Below are positions 10,406 to 22,575 of a stretch of 64,000 bases of DNA, one piece after another (positions within the stretch are counted from its first letter, which is position 1; every line of letters begins with the position of its first letter). Made by a program: the position numbers and the translations under genes. The notes beneath the pieces are model-generated. The model was not told the origin of the DNA, searched no databases, and saw only the letters and a program-made list of their open reading frames with translations. Origin of the DNA: Escherichia coli (lineage in GTDB: Bacteria > Pseudomonadota > Gammaproteobacteria > Enterobacterales > Enterobacteriaceae); assembly GCF_045037415.1 (NCBI RefSeq), contig NZ_CP173438.1; one strand, 5' to 3'.

Positions 10406-12061
10406 ATGACTAATCTTCCCCACTGGTGGCAAAACGGCGTTATCTACCAGATTTATCCAAAGAGTTTTCAGGACACCACGGGTAGCGGCACCGGCGATTT
10501 ACGTGGCGTTATCCAACGCCTGGACTATCTGCATAAACTGGGCGTTGATGCCATCTGGCTAACCCCCTTTTATGTCTCTCCCCAGGTCGATAACGGTTAC
10601 GATGTAGCGAACTATACGGCGATTGATCCCACCTACGGCACGCTGGACGATTTTGACGAACTGGTGACGCAGGCAAAATCGCGCGGGATTCGTATCATTC
10701 TCGATATGGTGTTTAACCATACCTCTACCCAACATGCCTGGTTTCGCGAGGCGCTGAACAAAGAAAGCCCTTACCGCCAGTTTTATATCTGGCGCGATGG
10801 CGAACCAGAAACGCCACCGAACAACTGGCGTTCAAAATTTGGCGGTAGTGCGTGGCGCTGGCATGCGGAAAGCGAACAGTACTATTTGCATCTCTTTGCA
10901 CCAGAACAGGCGGATCTCAACTGGGAGAATCCAGCGGTACGCGCAGAGCTGAAAAAAGTCTGTGAATTCTGGGCCGATCGTGGGGTCGACGGGTTGCGCC
11001 TGGATGTGGTGAATCTGATCTCCAAAGACCCGCGTTTCCCTGAAGACCTGGATGGCGACGGGCGTCGCTTCTACACCGACGGGCCACGAGCACACGAGTT
11101 TTTGCACGAGATGAACCGCGATGTGTTTACGCCACGCGGGTTAATGACCGTAGGTGAAATGTCCTCCACCAGCCTTGAGCATTGCCAGCGATACGCGGCA
11201 CTGACAGGCAGTGAATTGTCGATGACCTTTAATTTTCATCACCTGAAGGTCGATTATCCCGGTGGTGAAAAATGGACGCTGGCTAAACCTGACTTTGTGG
11301 CGTTGAAAACATTGTTCCGCCACTGGCAACAAGGAATGCACAACGTGGCATGGAATGCCTTGTTCTGGTGTAACCACGATCAGCCGCGCATTGTTTCTCG
11401 CTTTGGTGATGAAGGTGAATACCGCGTGCCTGCGGCAAAAATGCTGGCGATGGTGCTGCATGGCATGCAGGGAACGCCGTATATCTACCAGGGCGAAGAG
11501 ATTGGCATGACCAACCCGCATTTCACGCGCATTACTGACTATCGCGACGTGGAGAGCCTCAATATGTTTGCCGAGCTGCGCAACGATGGTCGTGATGCCG
11601 ACGAGTTATTGGCAATCCTCGCCAGTAAATCCCGTGACAACAGCCGCACGCCCATGCAATGGAGCAACGGCGATAATGCCGGGTTTACGGCTGGCGAACC
11701 GTGGATTGGCCTGGGCGATAACTATCAACAAATCAACGTAGAAGCCGCGCTGGCCGATGAGTCCTCGGTGTTTTACACCTACCAAAAGTTAATCGCACTG
11801 CGTAAGCAAGAAGCCATCCTGACATGGGGCAATTACCAGGATCTGCTGCCAAACAGCCCTGTATTGTGGTGCTATCGCCGTGAATGGAAGGGGCAAACCT
11901 TGCTGGTCATTGCCAACCTTAGCCGTGAGATCCAACCCTGGCAGCCAGGGCAAATGCGCGGCAACTGGCAGCTTGTGATGCATAACTACGAAGAAGCCTC
12001 ACCACAACCCTGTGCCATGAATTTACGGCCTTTTGAGGCTGTCTGGTGGTTACAGAAGTAA
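10406..12061 (+). CDS. treC: Trehalose-6-phosphate hydrolase
   Basis: ORF track frame 10259..12061; start at MTNLPHWWQNGVIYQIYP; GH13 family; 551 aa. Confidence 0.95.
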   Translation: MTNLPHWWQNGVIYQIYPKSFQDTTGSGTGDLRGVIQRLDYLHKLGVDAIWLTPFYVSPQVDNGYDVANYTAIDPTYGTLDDFDELVTQAKSRGIRIILDMVFNHTSTQHAWFREALNKESPYRQFYIWRDGEPETPPNNWRSKFGGSAWRWHAESEQYYLHLFAPEQADLNWENPAVRAELKKVCEFWADRGVDGLRLDVVNLISKDPRFPEDLDGDGRRFYTDGPRAHEFLHEMNRDVFTPRGLMTVGEMSSTSLEHCQRYAALTGSELSMTFNFHHLKVDYPGGEKWTLAKPDFVALKTLFRHWQQGMHNVAWNALFWCNHDQPRIVSRFGDEGEYRVPAAKMLAMVLHGMQGTPYIYQGEEIGMTNPHFTRITDYRDVESLNMFAELRNDGRDADELLAILASKSRDNSRTPMQWSNGDNAGFTAGEPWIGLGDNYQQINVEAALADESSVFYTYQKLIALRKQEAILTWGNYQDLLPNSPVLWCYRREWKGQTLLVIANLSREIQPWQPGQMRGNWQLVMHNYEEASPQPCAMNLRPFEAVWWLQK

Positions 12062-12072
12062 ATCTTCCCTAA

Positions 12073-12104
12073 GCCCCGGTAATGCCGGTCATTCCGGGGT
12101 TTTG
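12073..12104 (+). terminator. Rho-independent terminator after treC
   Basis: ccccgg...ccgggg hairpin followed by tttt just after treC stop. Confidence 0.5.
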
Positions 12105-12247
12105 TCTGTCAGCATGTTGTTTTTGTTGATTTTTCAACCAGCAAATTCATTAAAAAATTTACATAACGCTGTAGCGCCCGTCATCCGTACGCTCTGCTTT
12201 TTACTTTGAGCTACATCAAAAAAAGTTAAAACATCCTTGATGCAAAG

Positions 12248-12292
12248 CACTATATATAGACTTTAAAATGCGTCCCAACCCAATATGTTGTA
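12248..12292. promoter_or_regulatory. Two NrdR-box-like palindromes (cactatatataga / caatatgttg) about 32 bp apart in nrdD promoter
   Basis: AT-rich palindromes with spacing typical of NrdR tandem boxes; upstream ttgat-tttt-caacc could be a weak FNR-like site. Confidence 0.4.
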
Positions 12293-12454
12293 TTAATCGA
12301 CTATAATTGCTACTACAGCTCCCCACGAAAAAGGTGCGGCGTTGTGGATAAGCGGATGGCGATTGCGGAAAGCACCGGAAAACGAAACGAAAAAACCGGA
12401 AAACGCCTTTCCCAATTTCTGTGGATAACCTGTTCTTAAAAATATGGAGCGATC

Positions 12455-14593
12455 ATGACACCGCATGTGATGAAACGAGACGGCTGCAAAGTGCCGTTTA
12501 AATCAGAGCGCATCAAAGAAGCGATTCTGCGTGCAGCTAAAGCAGCGGAAGTCGATGATGCCGATTATTGCGCCACTGTTGCCGCGGTTGTCAGCGAGCA
12601 GATGCAGGGCCGCAACCAGGTGGATATCAACGAGATCCAGACCGCAGTTGAAAACCAGCTGATGTCGGGTCCATACAAACAACTGGCTCGCGCTTACATC
12701 GAGTACCGTCACGATCGCGACATTGAACGTGAAAAACGCGGTCGCCTGAACCAGGAGATCCGTGGTCTGGTCGAGCAGACCAACGCCTCGTTACTCAACG
12801 AAAACGCCAACAAAGACAGCAAGGTGATTCCAACCCAGCGCGACCTGCTGGCCGGGATCGTGGCTAAACACTATGCACGTCAGCACCTGCTGCCGCGTGA
12901 CGTGGTGCAGGCACATGAGCGTGGCGATATTCACTATCACGATCTCGATTACTCACCGTTTTTCCCGATGTTCAACTGCATGTTGATCGACCTGAAAGGC
13001 ATGCTGACCCAGGGCTTTAAAATGGGGAACGCCGAGATTGAACCGCCGAAGTCGATCTCAACGGCAACCGCGGTAACTGCGCAGATTATTGCTCAGGTTG
13101 CCAGCCATATTTATGGCGGCACCACCATTAACCGTATCGATGAAGTGCTGGCACCGTTTGTCACCGCCAGCTACAACAAACATCGCAAGACCGCAGAAGA
13201 GTGGAGCATCCCGGACGCCGAAGGCTACGCTAACTCTCGTACCATTAAAGAGTGCTACGATGCCTTCCAGTCGCTGGAGTACGAAGTAAACACCCTGCAC
13301 ACCGCCAACGGTCAGACGCCGTTTGTAACCTTTGGTTTTGGTCTGGGCACCAGCTGGGAGTCGCGCCTGATTCAGGAATCTATCCTGCGTAACCGTATCG
13401 CAGGCCTTGGTAAAAACCGTAAAACTGCGGTGTTCCCGAAACTGGTGTTTGCGATTCGCGATGGCCTGAACCATAAAAAAGGCGATCCGAACTACGACAT
13501 CAAACAGCTGGCGCTGGAGTGCGCAAGCAAGCGCATGTATCCGGATATCCTGAACTACGATCAGGTAGTGAAAGTCACCGGTTCGTTTAAAACCCCGATG
13601 GGCTGCCGCAGCTTCCTCGGCGTGTGGGAAAATGAAAACGGCGAGCAGATCCACGATGGTCGTAACAACCTCGGCGTGATCAGCCTGAACCTGCCGCGTA
13701 TTGCTCTGGAAGCAAAAGGCGATGAAGCCACCTTCTGGAAGCTGCTGGATGAACGTCTGGTGCTGGCACGTAAGGCACTGATGACCCGTATCGCTCGTCT
13801 CGAAGGCGTGAAAGCGCGCGTCGCCCCGATCCTCTATATGGAAGGTGCTTGTGGCGTACGTCTGAATGCTGACGATGATGTTTCTGAAATCTTCAAAAAC
13901 GGTCGTGCGTCTATTTCGCTGGGTTACATCGGCATCCACGAAACCATTAACGCGCTGTTCGGCGGCGAGCATGTTTACGACAACGAGCAGCTTCGCGCGA
14001 AAGGTATCGCCATTGTTGAACGTCTGCGCCAGGCAGTGGATCAGTGGAAAGAAGAAACGGGTTATGGTTTCAGTCTCTACAGCACGCCGAGTGAAAACCT
14101 GTGCGACCGCTTCTGCCGTCTCGATACTGCTGAGTTTGGCGTGGTGCCGGGCGTGACCGATAAAGGTTACTACACCAACAGTTTCCACCTCGATGTGGAG
14201 AAGAAGGTGAACCCGTACGACAAGATCGACTTTGAAGCGCCTTACCCGCCGCTAGCGAACGGTGGTTTCATTTGCTACGGCGAGTATCCAAACATTCAGC
14301 ACAACCTGAAGGCGCTGGAAGATGTCTGGGATTACAGCTATCAGCATGTACCGTATTACGGCACCAATACACCGATTGATGAGTGCTACGAGTGTGGCTT
14401 TACCGGTGAGTTCGAGTGCACCAGCAAAGGCTTCACTTGCCCGAAATGTGGTAACCATGACGCCTCCCGTGTGTCGGTGACTCGCCGCGTGTGCGGATAT
14501 TTAGGTAGCCCGGATGCACGTCCATTTAACGCCGGTAAGCAGGAAGAAGTTAAGCGCCGCGTTAAACATTTGGGGAATGGGCAGATAGGTTAA
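12455..14593 (+). CDS. nrdD: Anaerobic ribonucleoside-triphosphate reductase
   Basis: ORF track 712 aa; C-terminal glycyl-radical region and Cys cluster (CYECGF...CPKCG). Confidence 0.97.
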   Translation: MTPHVMKRDGCKVPFKSERIKEAILRAAKAAEVDDADYCATVAAVVSEQMQGRNQVDINEIQTAVENQLMSGPYKQLARAYIEYRHDRDIEREKRGRLNQEIRGLVEQTNASLLNENANKDSKVIPTQRDLLAGIVAKHYARQHLLPRDVVQAHERGDIHYHDLDYSPFFPMFNCMLIDLKGMLTQGFKMGNAEIEPPKSISTATAVTAQIIAQVASHIYGGTTINRIDEVLAPFVTASYNKHRKTAEEWSIPDAEGYANSRTIKECYDAFQSLEYEVNTLHTANGQTPFVTFGFGLGTSWESRLIQESILRNRIAGLGKNRKTAVFPKLVFAIRDGLNHKKGDPNYDIKQLALECASKRMYPDILNYDQVVKVTGSFKTPMGCRSFLGVWENENGEQIHDGRNNLGVISLNLPRIALEAKGDEATFWKLLDERLVLARKALMTRIARLEGVKARVAPILYMEGACGVRLNADDDVSEIFKNGRASISLGYIGIHETINALFGGEHVYDNEQLRAKGIAIVERLRQAVDQWKEETGYGFSLYSTPSENLCDRFCRLDTAEFGVVPGVTDKGYYTNSFHLDVEKKVNPYDKIDFEAPYPPLANGGFICYGEYPNIQHNLKALEDVWDYSYQHVPYYGTNTPIDECYECGFTGEFECTSKGFTCPKCGNHDASRVSVTRRVCGYLGSPDARPFNAGKQEEVKRRVKHLGNGQIG

Positions 14594-14614
14594 TCTTCAC
14601 TCTACGTTAAGCAA

Positions 14615-14705
<91 letters not shown>

Positions 14706-14751
14706 ATTACCGGATGCATCCTATACGCGGACTGATAAGCCAGGCGAAACA

Positions 14752-15216
14752 ATGAATTATCATCAGTACTATCCTGTCGACATCGTCAACGGCCCCGGCA
14801 CTCGCTGCACCCTGTTTGTCTCCGGGTGTGTTCATGAATGCCCCGGTTGCTATAACAAAAGCACATGGCGGGTAAATTCCGGTCAGACATTTACTAAAGC
14901 AATGGAAGACCAGATTATTAACGATCTGAATGACACTCGTATCAAACGCCAGGGTATTTCCCTCTCCGGCGGCGATCCGCTGCATCCGCAAAACGTGCCG
15001 GATATTCTGAAACTGGTAAAACGCATCCGCGCCGAGTGTCCGGGTAAAGACATCTGGGTGTGGACAGGCTATAAACTCGACGAACTCAACGCTGCGCAAA
15101 TGCAGGTTGTTGATTTGATTAACGTACTGGTCGACGGCAAATTTGTGCAGGATTTAAAAGACCCTTCCCTGATCTGGCGCGGCAGCAGCAATCAGGTGGT
15201 GCATCATTTGCGATGA
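14752..15216 (+). CDS. nrdG: Anaerobic RNR activating enzyme (radical SAM)
   Basis: ORF track 154 aa; CxxxCxxC-type motif (CVHECPGCYN). Confidence 0.95.
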   Translation: MNYHQYYPVDIVNGPGTRCTLFVSGCVHECPGCYNKSTWRVNSGQTFTKAMEDQIINDLNDTRIKRQGISLSGGDPLHPQNVPDILKLVKRIRAECPGKDIWVWTGYKLDELNAAQMQVVDLINVLVDGKFVQDLKDPSLIWRGSSNQVVHHLR

Positions 15217-15260
15217 TAAGTTCCCTGTTACCTGAGTGCAGGCAACAGGGAAATGAGGAA

Positions 15261-15650
<390 letters not shown>

Positions 15651-15829
15651 TCACTTCCTTTTTTATTTACACTTCATCCTTCACACTGCCTCATCGACGG
15701 CTACGCTCATTCGCCCGGGTCACGTACTGCGAGTACGCTCCCCGGCCCTCATTCACTTTCCGTCTCGATGCAGTGCGAATGATTTTGTGTAATTTTTTAG
15801 TTTATAGCGCGGCAGGTCGCGCCAGTTTT

Positions 15830-17182
15830 TTACTGCCCGGCGATTTTCATCTCCGGCAACAGCACAGAACCACACTGTATATTACTGCGTGTTTCAATAT
15901 CGTTACCGACGGTGACAATATTGCGCCACATATCTTTTAAATTACCTGCGATGGTGATTTCACTAACGGGATACTGAATTTCGCCATTCTCTACCCAGAA
16001 GCCCGCTGCACCACGGGAATAATCACCGGTAATGGCACTCACGCCCTGGCCCATCAGCTCCGTCACCACCAGCCCGGTGCCCATCTCTTTGAGCATTTGT
16101 TCGAAGCTTAGCCCTTGTCCGGCAATCCGCCAGTTGTGAATACCGCCCGCATGTCCGGTGCTTTTCAGCCCCAGTTTCCGCGCCGAGTAGCTGGTCAGCA
16201 GCCACTGAGTCAGGATGCCATCTTTAATAATATCGCGACGCTCGGTGCGCACACCTTCGCTGTCGAATGGCGTCGACGCCAGCCCTTTCAGCAGATGCGG
16301 ATGCTCTTCAATGGTCAGCCAGTCCGGCAGAATTTGTTTACCCAGCGAATCCAGCAGAAAGGTAGATTTACGGTAAACCGAGCCACCCGCTATCGCCCCC
16401 ACCAGATGGCCAAAAAGCCCGGTTGCCACTTCATTGGCAAAAATGACTGGCGCTTTCATGGTGGAGAGTTTACGCGGTGACAGGCGCGATAAAGTACGGC
16501 GAGCACAGTCGGCCCCGACCCACTCTGGCGTTTGCAGATCGCTCATCGCGCGGCCAATGGTGTAGGCGTAATCACGCTCCATATCGCCATTTTCTTCGGC
16601 AATTACACAGCTGGAGAGTGAATGACGCGTAGAGCAGTAACCCTGCAACATGCCGTGGCTGTTGCCAAAAACTTTGACACCGTAGTGGCTGTTAAAACTG
16701 CCGCCTTCGGTATTGGTAATGCGTTTGTCCGCCTGCAATGCCGCCTGTTCTGCGCGGGCCGCCAGTTCAATGGCTTCATCCGGGGAAACTTCCGCAGGGT
16801 GGAACAAGTCGAGATCTGGTGCGTCAAAGGCCAGCAGCTCTTTGTCTGCCACGCCGGCACAGGGATCTGGCGAGGTATAACGGGCAATATCCAGCGCCGC
16901 CTGTACGGTGCGGGCAATGGCCTGCGGGCTTAAATCGGTGGATGATGCGCTACCTTTGCGGTTCTGGTGATAAACAGTGATCCCCAGCGCGCCATCGCTA
17001 TTGAATTCAACATTCTCCACTTCACCATAACGCGTGCTTACGCTAATGCCGGTGGTCTTGCTGACGGCAACTTCCGCACCGTCCGATTTGCCTGAGGCCA
17101 ACTCCAGCGCAGTGGAAACTGCTTCTTCCAGAATCTTGCGCTGCGCTTCAACTTGAGAGATTACTTTCATTGCAAGTGCCAT
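15830..17182 (-). CDS. pmbA: Metalloprotease PmbA (TldE)
   Basis: ORF track 450 aa; PmbA/TldD family. Confidence 0.93.
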
Positions 17183-17275
17183 AATGTAGAGAGTTTCTCT
17201 GAAGTCTAACAGAGAACCGTTTTTCAGTGCGCATCTTAACTGGTAACATTAGCCTCTTTTTTTAAGGAGCCTGAG

Positions 17276-17827
17276 ATGACTAAGCAGCCCGAAGACTGGC
17301 TCGACGACGTTCCCGGTGATGACATCGAAGACGAAGACGATGAAATTATCTGGGTCAGTAAAAGTGAAATTAAACGTGATGCCGAGGAGCTAAAACGCCT
17401 TGGCGCGGAAATTGTTGATCTGGGGAAAAACGCGCTGGATAAGATCCCGTTAGATGCGGATCTGCGCGCGGCTATTGAGCTCGCCCAGCGTATTAAGATG
17501 GAAGGTCGCCGCCGCCAGTTGCAGCTCATCGGTAAGATGCTGCGCCAGCGCGACGTAGAGCCTATTCGTCAGGCGCTGGATAAGCTGAAAAACCGTCACA
17601 ACCAGCAGGTGGTGCTGTTCCATAAACTGGAAAACCTGCGCGATCGTCTGATCGATCAAGGTGATGACGCCATCGCTGAAGTATTGAATCTGTGGCCCGA
17701 TGCCGATCGTCAGCAGCTGCGTACTCTGATCCGTAACGCGAAGAAAGAGAAAGAAGGGAATAAGCCGCCGAAATCCGCACGCCAGATTTTCCAGTATCTG
17801 CGCGAACTGGCGGAGAATGAAGGGTAA
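17276..17827 (+). CDS. yjgA: Ribosome-associated protein YjgA (DarP)
   Basis: ORF track 183 aa; acidic N-terminus, conserved position between pmbA and mpl. Confidence 0.88.
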
Positions 17828-17849
17828 TTTTCGTTGTTGATGTGAGTAT

Positions 17850-17965
17850 GGTTTGCCGGATGCGGTGCACCTGTAGGCCGGATAAGACGCATCAAGCGTC
17901 GCATCAGGCACTATGCTCAAATGCCGGATGCGGCGTAAACGCCTTATCCGGCAATGCTATCTCAG
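17850..17965. repeat. REP units (several copies)
   Basis: gccggatgcggtg..., gtaggccggataagacgc..., gccggatgcggcgtaaacgccttatccggc motifs. Confidence 0.6.
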
Positions 17966-17977
17966 GCTGAGGCCGAA

Positions 17978-19351
17978 TTACTGCGCAGCTTCCGCCTTCT
18001 TCGCCAGACCATCCAGCAGTTTCTGATGGATCCCACCAAAACCGCCGTTGCTCATGACCAGAATATGGTCGCCAGGCTGAGCGGTTTTCACCACCATATC
18101 TGCCAGCGTATCCACATCGCCACTCCAGTGTGCAGGCTGAACGCAGGCTTCTGCCACTTCTGCCACCTGCCACGGAATATGCGCCGGTTGCAGCAGGAAG
18201 ACTTCATCGGCACGACCTAATGAAGGTGCCAGATCGTCTTTGCAGATCCCCATTTTCATGGTATTCGAGCGCGGCTCCAGCACAGCAATAATGCGCGCCG
18301 TACCACCAACTTTGCCACGCAGCGCCGCAAGCGTTGCCAGAATTGCCGTCGGGTGATGGGCAAAATCGTCATATACCGTCACGCCATTCGCTTCACCACG
18401 CAACTCCAGACGGCGACGAGCGTTAATAAACGAACCCAGCGCGTTAGCGGCATCTGCAGGCGCTACACCAACATGGCGAGCCGCCGCAATCGCCATCAGG
18501 CCATTGTGCATATTATGTTCGCCCACCAGCGACCATTTCACTTCGCCCACTTTTTCGCCATCCAGCAAGACTTCCCATTCAGAAGCGTCAGTGGTCAGCT
18601 TTTTCGCCTGCCAGTGACCCTGCTCACCCACCAGCTCCTGCTCGCTCCAGCAGCCCATCGCCATGGTCTGTTTCAGGTTGATGTCATTTTCCGGCCAGAT
18701 AATACGGCCCTGCCCCGGAACGATACGCACCAGATGGTGGAACTGTTTCTGGATCGCTTTCAGGTCGTCAAAGATATCGGCGTGATCGAACTCAAGGTTG
18801 TTGAGGATCAGCGTACGCGGGCAGTAATGGACAAATTTAGAGCGTTTGTCGAAGAAGGCGCAGTCATACTCATCCGCTTCGATAACAAAGAAGTCGCTTT
18901 CGCCCAGACGCGCCGAAACCTCAAAGTTCCCCGGCACACCGCCGATCACAAATCCCGGTTTGTAACCGCACTGTTCCAGAATCCAGGTCGCCATTCCCGC
19001 GGTGGTAGTTTTGCCGTGTGTACCGGCAACGGCCAGCACCCAGCGGTCGCGCAGCACAAAATCGTGCAGCCACTGTGGACCTGACATATAAGGGATGTTT
19101 TTTTCCAGTACCGCTTCCACACACGGATTTCCACGGGTCATGGCGTTGCCAATAATCACCAGATCCGGCTGCGGATCGAGCTGGCTGGCATCGTAACCCT
19201 GAATCAGCTCAATGCCTTGCTTCTCAAGTAAGGTGCTCATCGGCGGATACACATTGGCGTCCGAACCCGTTACTTCATGGCCTAACTGGCGCGCCAGCAT
19301 CGCCAGACCGCCCATAAATGTGCCACAAATTCCTAAAATATGAATGCGCAT
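17978..19351 (-). CDS. mpl: UDP-N-acetylmuramate:L-alanyl-gamma-D-glutamyl-meso-DAP ligase
   Basis: ORF track 457 aa; Mur ligase motifs (GTHGKTTT). Confidence 0.95.
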
Positions 19352-19526
19352 ACGTCACTATCCTTTTTTAATCTGCCGCTCATTTTACGCATATGTCGGG
19401 CAAGTGAGAAACGCATTTCAGGATAATCCGCAATTTGCTGGCGCGATTCACCTGAGCGCAACATTGAGATTATTTGTTAAGATTGTTGCGGTCGCTTTAC
19501 TCCATAAACATTGCAGGGAAAGTTTT

Positions 19527-20525
19527 ATGAAAACGTTAGGTGAATTTATTGTCGAAAAGCAGCACGAGTTTTCTCATGCTACCGGTGAGCTCACTGCTTT
19601 GCTGTCGGCAATAAAACTGGGCGCCAAGATTATCCATCGCGATATCAACAAAGCAGGACTGGTTGATATCCTGGGTGCCAGCGGTGCTGAGAACGTGCAG
19701 GGCGAGGTTCAGCAGAAACTCGACTTGTTCGCTAATGAAAAACTGAAAGCCGCACTGAAAGCACGCGATATCGTTGCGGGCATTGCCTCTGAAGAAGAAG
19801 ATGAGATTGTCGTCTTTGAAGGCTGTGAACACGCAAAATACGTGGTGCTGATGGACCCCCTGGATGGCTCGTCCAACATCGATGTTAACGTCTCTGTCGG
19901 TACCATTTTCTCCATCTACCGCCGCGTTACGCCTGTTGGCACGCCGGTAACGGAAGAAGATTTCCTCCAGCCTGGTAACAAACAGGTTGCGGCAGGTTAC
20001 GTGGTATACGGCTCCTCTACCATGCTGGTTTACACCACCGGATGCGGTGTTCACGCCTTTACTTACGATCCTTCGCTGGGCGTTTTCTGCCTGTGCCAGG
20101 AACGGATGCGCTTCCCGGAGAAAGGCAAAACCTACTCCATCAACGAAGGAAACTACATTAAGTTTCCGAACGGGGTGAAGAAGTACATTAAATTCTGCCA
20201 GGAAGAAGATAAATCCACCAACCGCCCGTATACCTCACGTTATATCGGTTCACTGGTCGCGGATTTCCACCGTAACCTGCTGAAAGGCGGTATTTATCTC
20301 TACCCAAGCACCGCCAGCCACCCGGACGGCAAACTGCGTTTGCTGTATGAGTGCAACCCGATGGCATTCCTGGCGGAACAAGCGGGCGGTAAAGCGAGCG
20401 ATGGCAAAGAGCGTATTCTGGATATCATCCCGGAAACTCTGCACCAGCGCCGTTCGTTCTTTGTCGGCAACGACCATATGGTTGAAGATGTCGAACGCTT
20501 TATCCGTGAATTCCCGGACGCGTAA
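19527..20525 (+). CDS. fbp: Fructose-1,6-bisphosphatase class 1
   Basis: ORF track frame 19344..20525; start at [15 protein letters not shown]; 332 aa. Confidence 0.95.
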
Positions 20526-20557
20526 TCTCCTGCGCCTCTCCACACGGAGAGGCGTTT

Positions 20558-21553
20558 TTATCGCTGCGCAATATTGACTCTTGTCACTGGCGAACTCTGA
20601 CGATTCTCCCACAGCACCGTTAATCCACGCTGTAAGGCAATAAAAATGAACAGCAAAATGCCGATGGCGATTTTCGTCCACCAGGAACTCAGCGTACCGT
20701 CAAAGTTGATATAAGTCTGAATTAGCCCCTGAATCGCCACGCCAAAAAGCGTCCCTAATACCGTTCCAACGCCACCGCTCAAAAGCGTACCGCCAATTAC
20801 CACTGAGGCGATAGCATCCAGTTCCACACCTACGCCCGCCAGCGCATATCCGGCCTGGGTATAAATCGAGAAGACAATCCCCGCCAGCGTTGCCAGTCCG
20901 GTGGAGAGCATATAAATGCGAATAGTGGTGCTGCGGGTAGAAATCCCCATCAGGTTTGCCGACGTTGCGTTGCCGCCAATGGCGTATACCTGATTACCAA
21001 AACGGGTACGATGCGCGAGGAATATGCCGATAACCACCACCGCCAGCATCAGCAGTCCCATCGCACTTAAGCGACCGCCGCCAGGGATTTTCCACGCAAG
21101 GCTTGAGAGCGTGTCATAAATGGGATGGTTTATCGGGATCGACTCTTCTGAAACGAGATAGCTGACGCCGCGCAAAAAGAACATTCCTGCCAGGGTAATG
21201 ATAAATGCCGGGATCTTCAGGGCGTCGATCAAAAGCCCCATAAATGCGCCAAAGGCACAGCCCATCACCAGCACTAGCGGAAACGCCAGCAGCGGCGAGA
21301 GGCCGAAATCGCCAATCACTTTTGCCAGAAACACGCCAGTAAAGGCGATCACCGAACCGACGGAGAGATCGATACCGCCAGAGAGGATCACAAAGGTCAT
21401 GCCAACGGCGATTATCCCAAGAAAGGCGTTATCGGTCAGGATATTGCAGATCACTCTTGTGGAAGCAAAACCGGGAAACTGGGTCAGGCAGTAGAGATAG
21501 CCCAGCACAAAGACGCCGATGGTGATCATCAGCGGCAAGTTACGTTTTATCAT
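20558..21553 (-). CDS. yjfF: Galactofuranose ABC transporter permease YjfF
   Basis: ORF track 331 aa; polytopic permease; overlaps ytfT 3' end. Confidence 0.9.
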   Translation of the reverse strand: MIKRNLPLMITIGVFVLGYLYCLTQFPGFASTRVICNILTDNAFLGIIAVGMTFVILSGGIDLSVGSVIAFTGVFLAKVIGDFGLSPLLAFPLVLVMGCAFGAFMGLLIDALKIPAFIITLAGMFFLRGVSYLVSEESIPINHPIYDTLSSLAWKIPGGGRLSAMGLLMLAVVVIGIFLAHRTRFGNQVYAIGGNATSANLMGISTRSTTIRIYMLSTGLATLAGIVFSIYTQAGYALAGVGVELDAIASVVIGGTLLSGGVGTVLGTLFGVAIQGLIQTYINFDGTLSSWWTKIAIGILLFIFIALQRGLTVLWENRQSSPVTRVNIAQR

Positions 21554-22562
21554 GGCTACGTACTCCTTTAATCAGACTGATAAAGCGTTGCGACTGAACA
21601 ATCAGCACACAAAGCACCACCACCGCTTTTACGACCTGGTTCATCTCCGGCGGAAAGCCAGAAAGTAAAATTCCGGTGTTCATCCCCTGAATAATCAGCG
21701 CCCCCACGACTGAGAGCAGCAGGTTAAAGCGCCCGCCCATCAGCGATCCGCCGCCAATCACCACCGCAAGAATGGCGTCCAGCTCCAGCCATAACCCGGC
21801 GTTATTGGCATCGGCACCGCGAATATCCGCCGCCACGATAATGCCCGCAATCGCCGCACACAGCCCGCTCAACACGTAGGTGAGCATGACGATGATCCGC
21901 GTGTTTACCCCGGCATTTTTTGCCGCCCGAATGTTGATACCAACGGCTTCGATAAACATCCCCAGCGCCGTTTTGCGGGTCAACAGCCAGAACAGGAGAA
22001 GCGTCAGCACCGCGATAATGACCGGCGTTGGCAGGAACAACAGCGATCCGCTGCCAAACCATGAGAGATCCGGCGAGTTAAACGTGACGATCTGCCCGGC
22101 GGTGATCAGTTGCGCCACGCCGCGCCCGGCGACCATCAGGATCAGGGTGGCGACAAACGGCTGAATTTTGAGGATCGCTACCAGTATGCCGTTCCACAAT
22201 CCCGCCAGGATGCCGGTGCCCAGGGCGCTTAACAAAACAATCGGCAGGCTGAATCCCGCGACCGTCATCGCAGCCGTTGTGGCTCCGGCGATAGCCATCA
22301 CCGCCCCTACGGAGAGATCAATCCCACCGGTGGCGATCACCAGCGTCATACCAATCGCCAGTAACGCAACGGGAGCTGCACGGTTAAGAATGTCGATAGG
22401 GCTACCGAACAAACGCCCATCCTGAAGCACCACCTGCCAGAAATGCGGGGCTACCAGGCTATCGACCAGCAGCACCAGCAATAGCGCCGCCAGCTGCGGC
22501 ATTCCCGTTGGCCAGCGAAAGCGCCTTTTCGGCGGCGTAGTGTCCGGGAGAGATTGAGGCAT
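21540..22562 (-). CDS. ytfT: Galactofuranose ABC transporter permease YtfT
   Basis: ORF track 21540..22586; start placed at internal ATG (MPQSLPDT) with better-spaced GGAGA; exact start uncertain. Confidence 0.85.
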   Translation of the reverse strand: MPQSLPDTTPPKRRFRWPTGMPQLAALLLVLLVDSLVAPHFWQVVLQDGRLFGSPIDILNRAAPVALLAIGMTLVIATGGIDLSVGAVMAIAGATTAAMTVAGFSLPIVLLSALGTGILAGLWNGILVAILKIQPFVATLILMVAGRGVAQLITAGQIVTFNSPDLSWFGSGSLLFLPTPVIIAVLTLLLFWLLTRKTALGMFIEAVGINIRAAKNAGVNTRIIVMLTYVLSGLCAAIAGIIVAADIRGADANNAGLWLELDAILAVVIGGGSLMGGRFNLLLSVVGALIIQGMNTGILLSGFPPEMNQVVKAVVVLCVLIVQSQRFISLIKGVRSHDKT

Positions 22563-22575
22563 CACACTGTTCTCC

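Noticed and set aside
12126-12139. FNR site upstream of nrdD (ttgat-tttt-caacc)
   Set aside because: Only one half-site matches TTGAT-N4-ATCAA; too weak to call from sequence alone.
13058-14188. 376-aa ORF antisense to nrdD
   Set aside because: Shadow ORF; nrdD on the opposite strand has clear glycyl-radical enzyme features.
18353-19084. 243-aa ORF antisense to mpl
   Set aside because: Shadow ORF of mpl.
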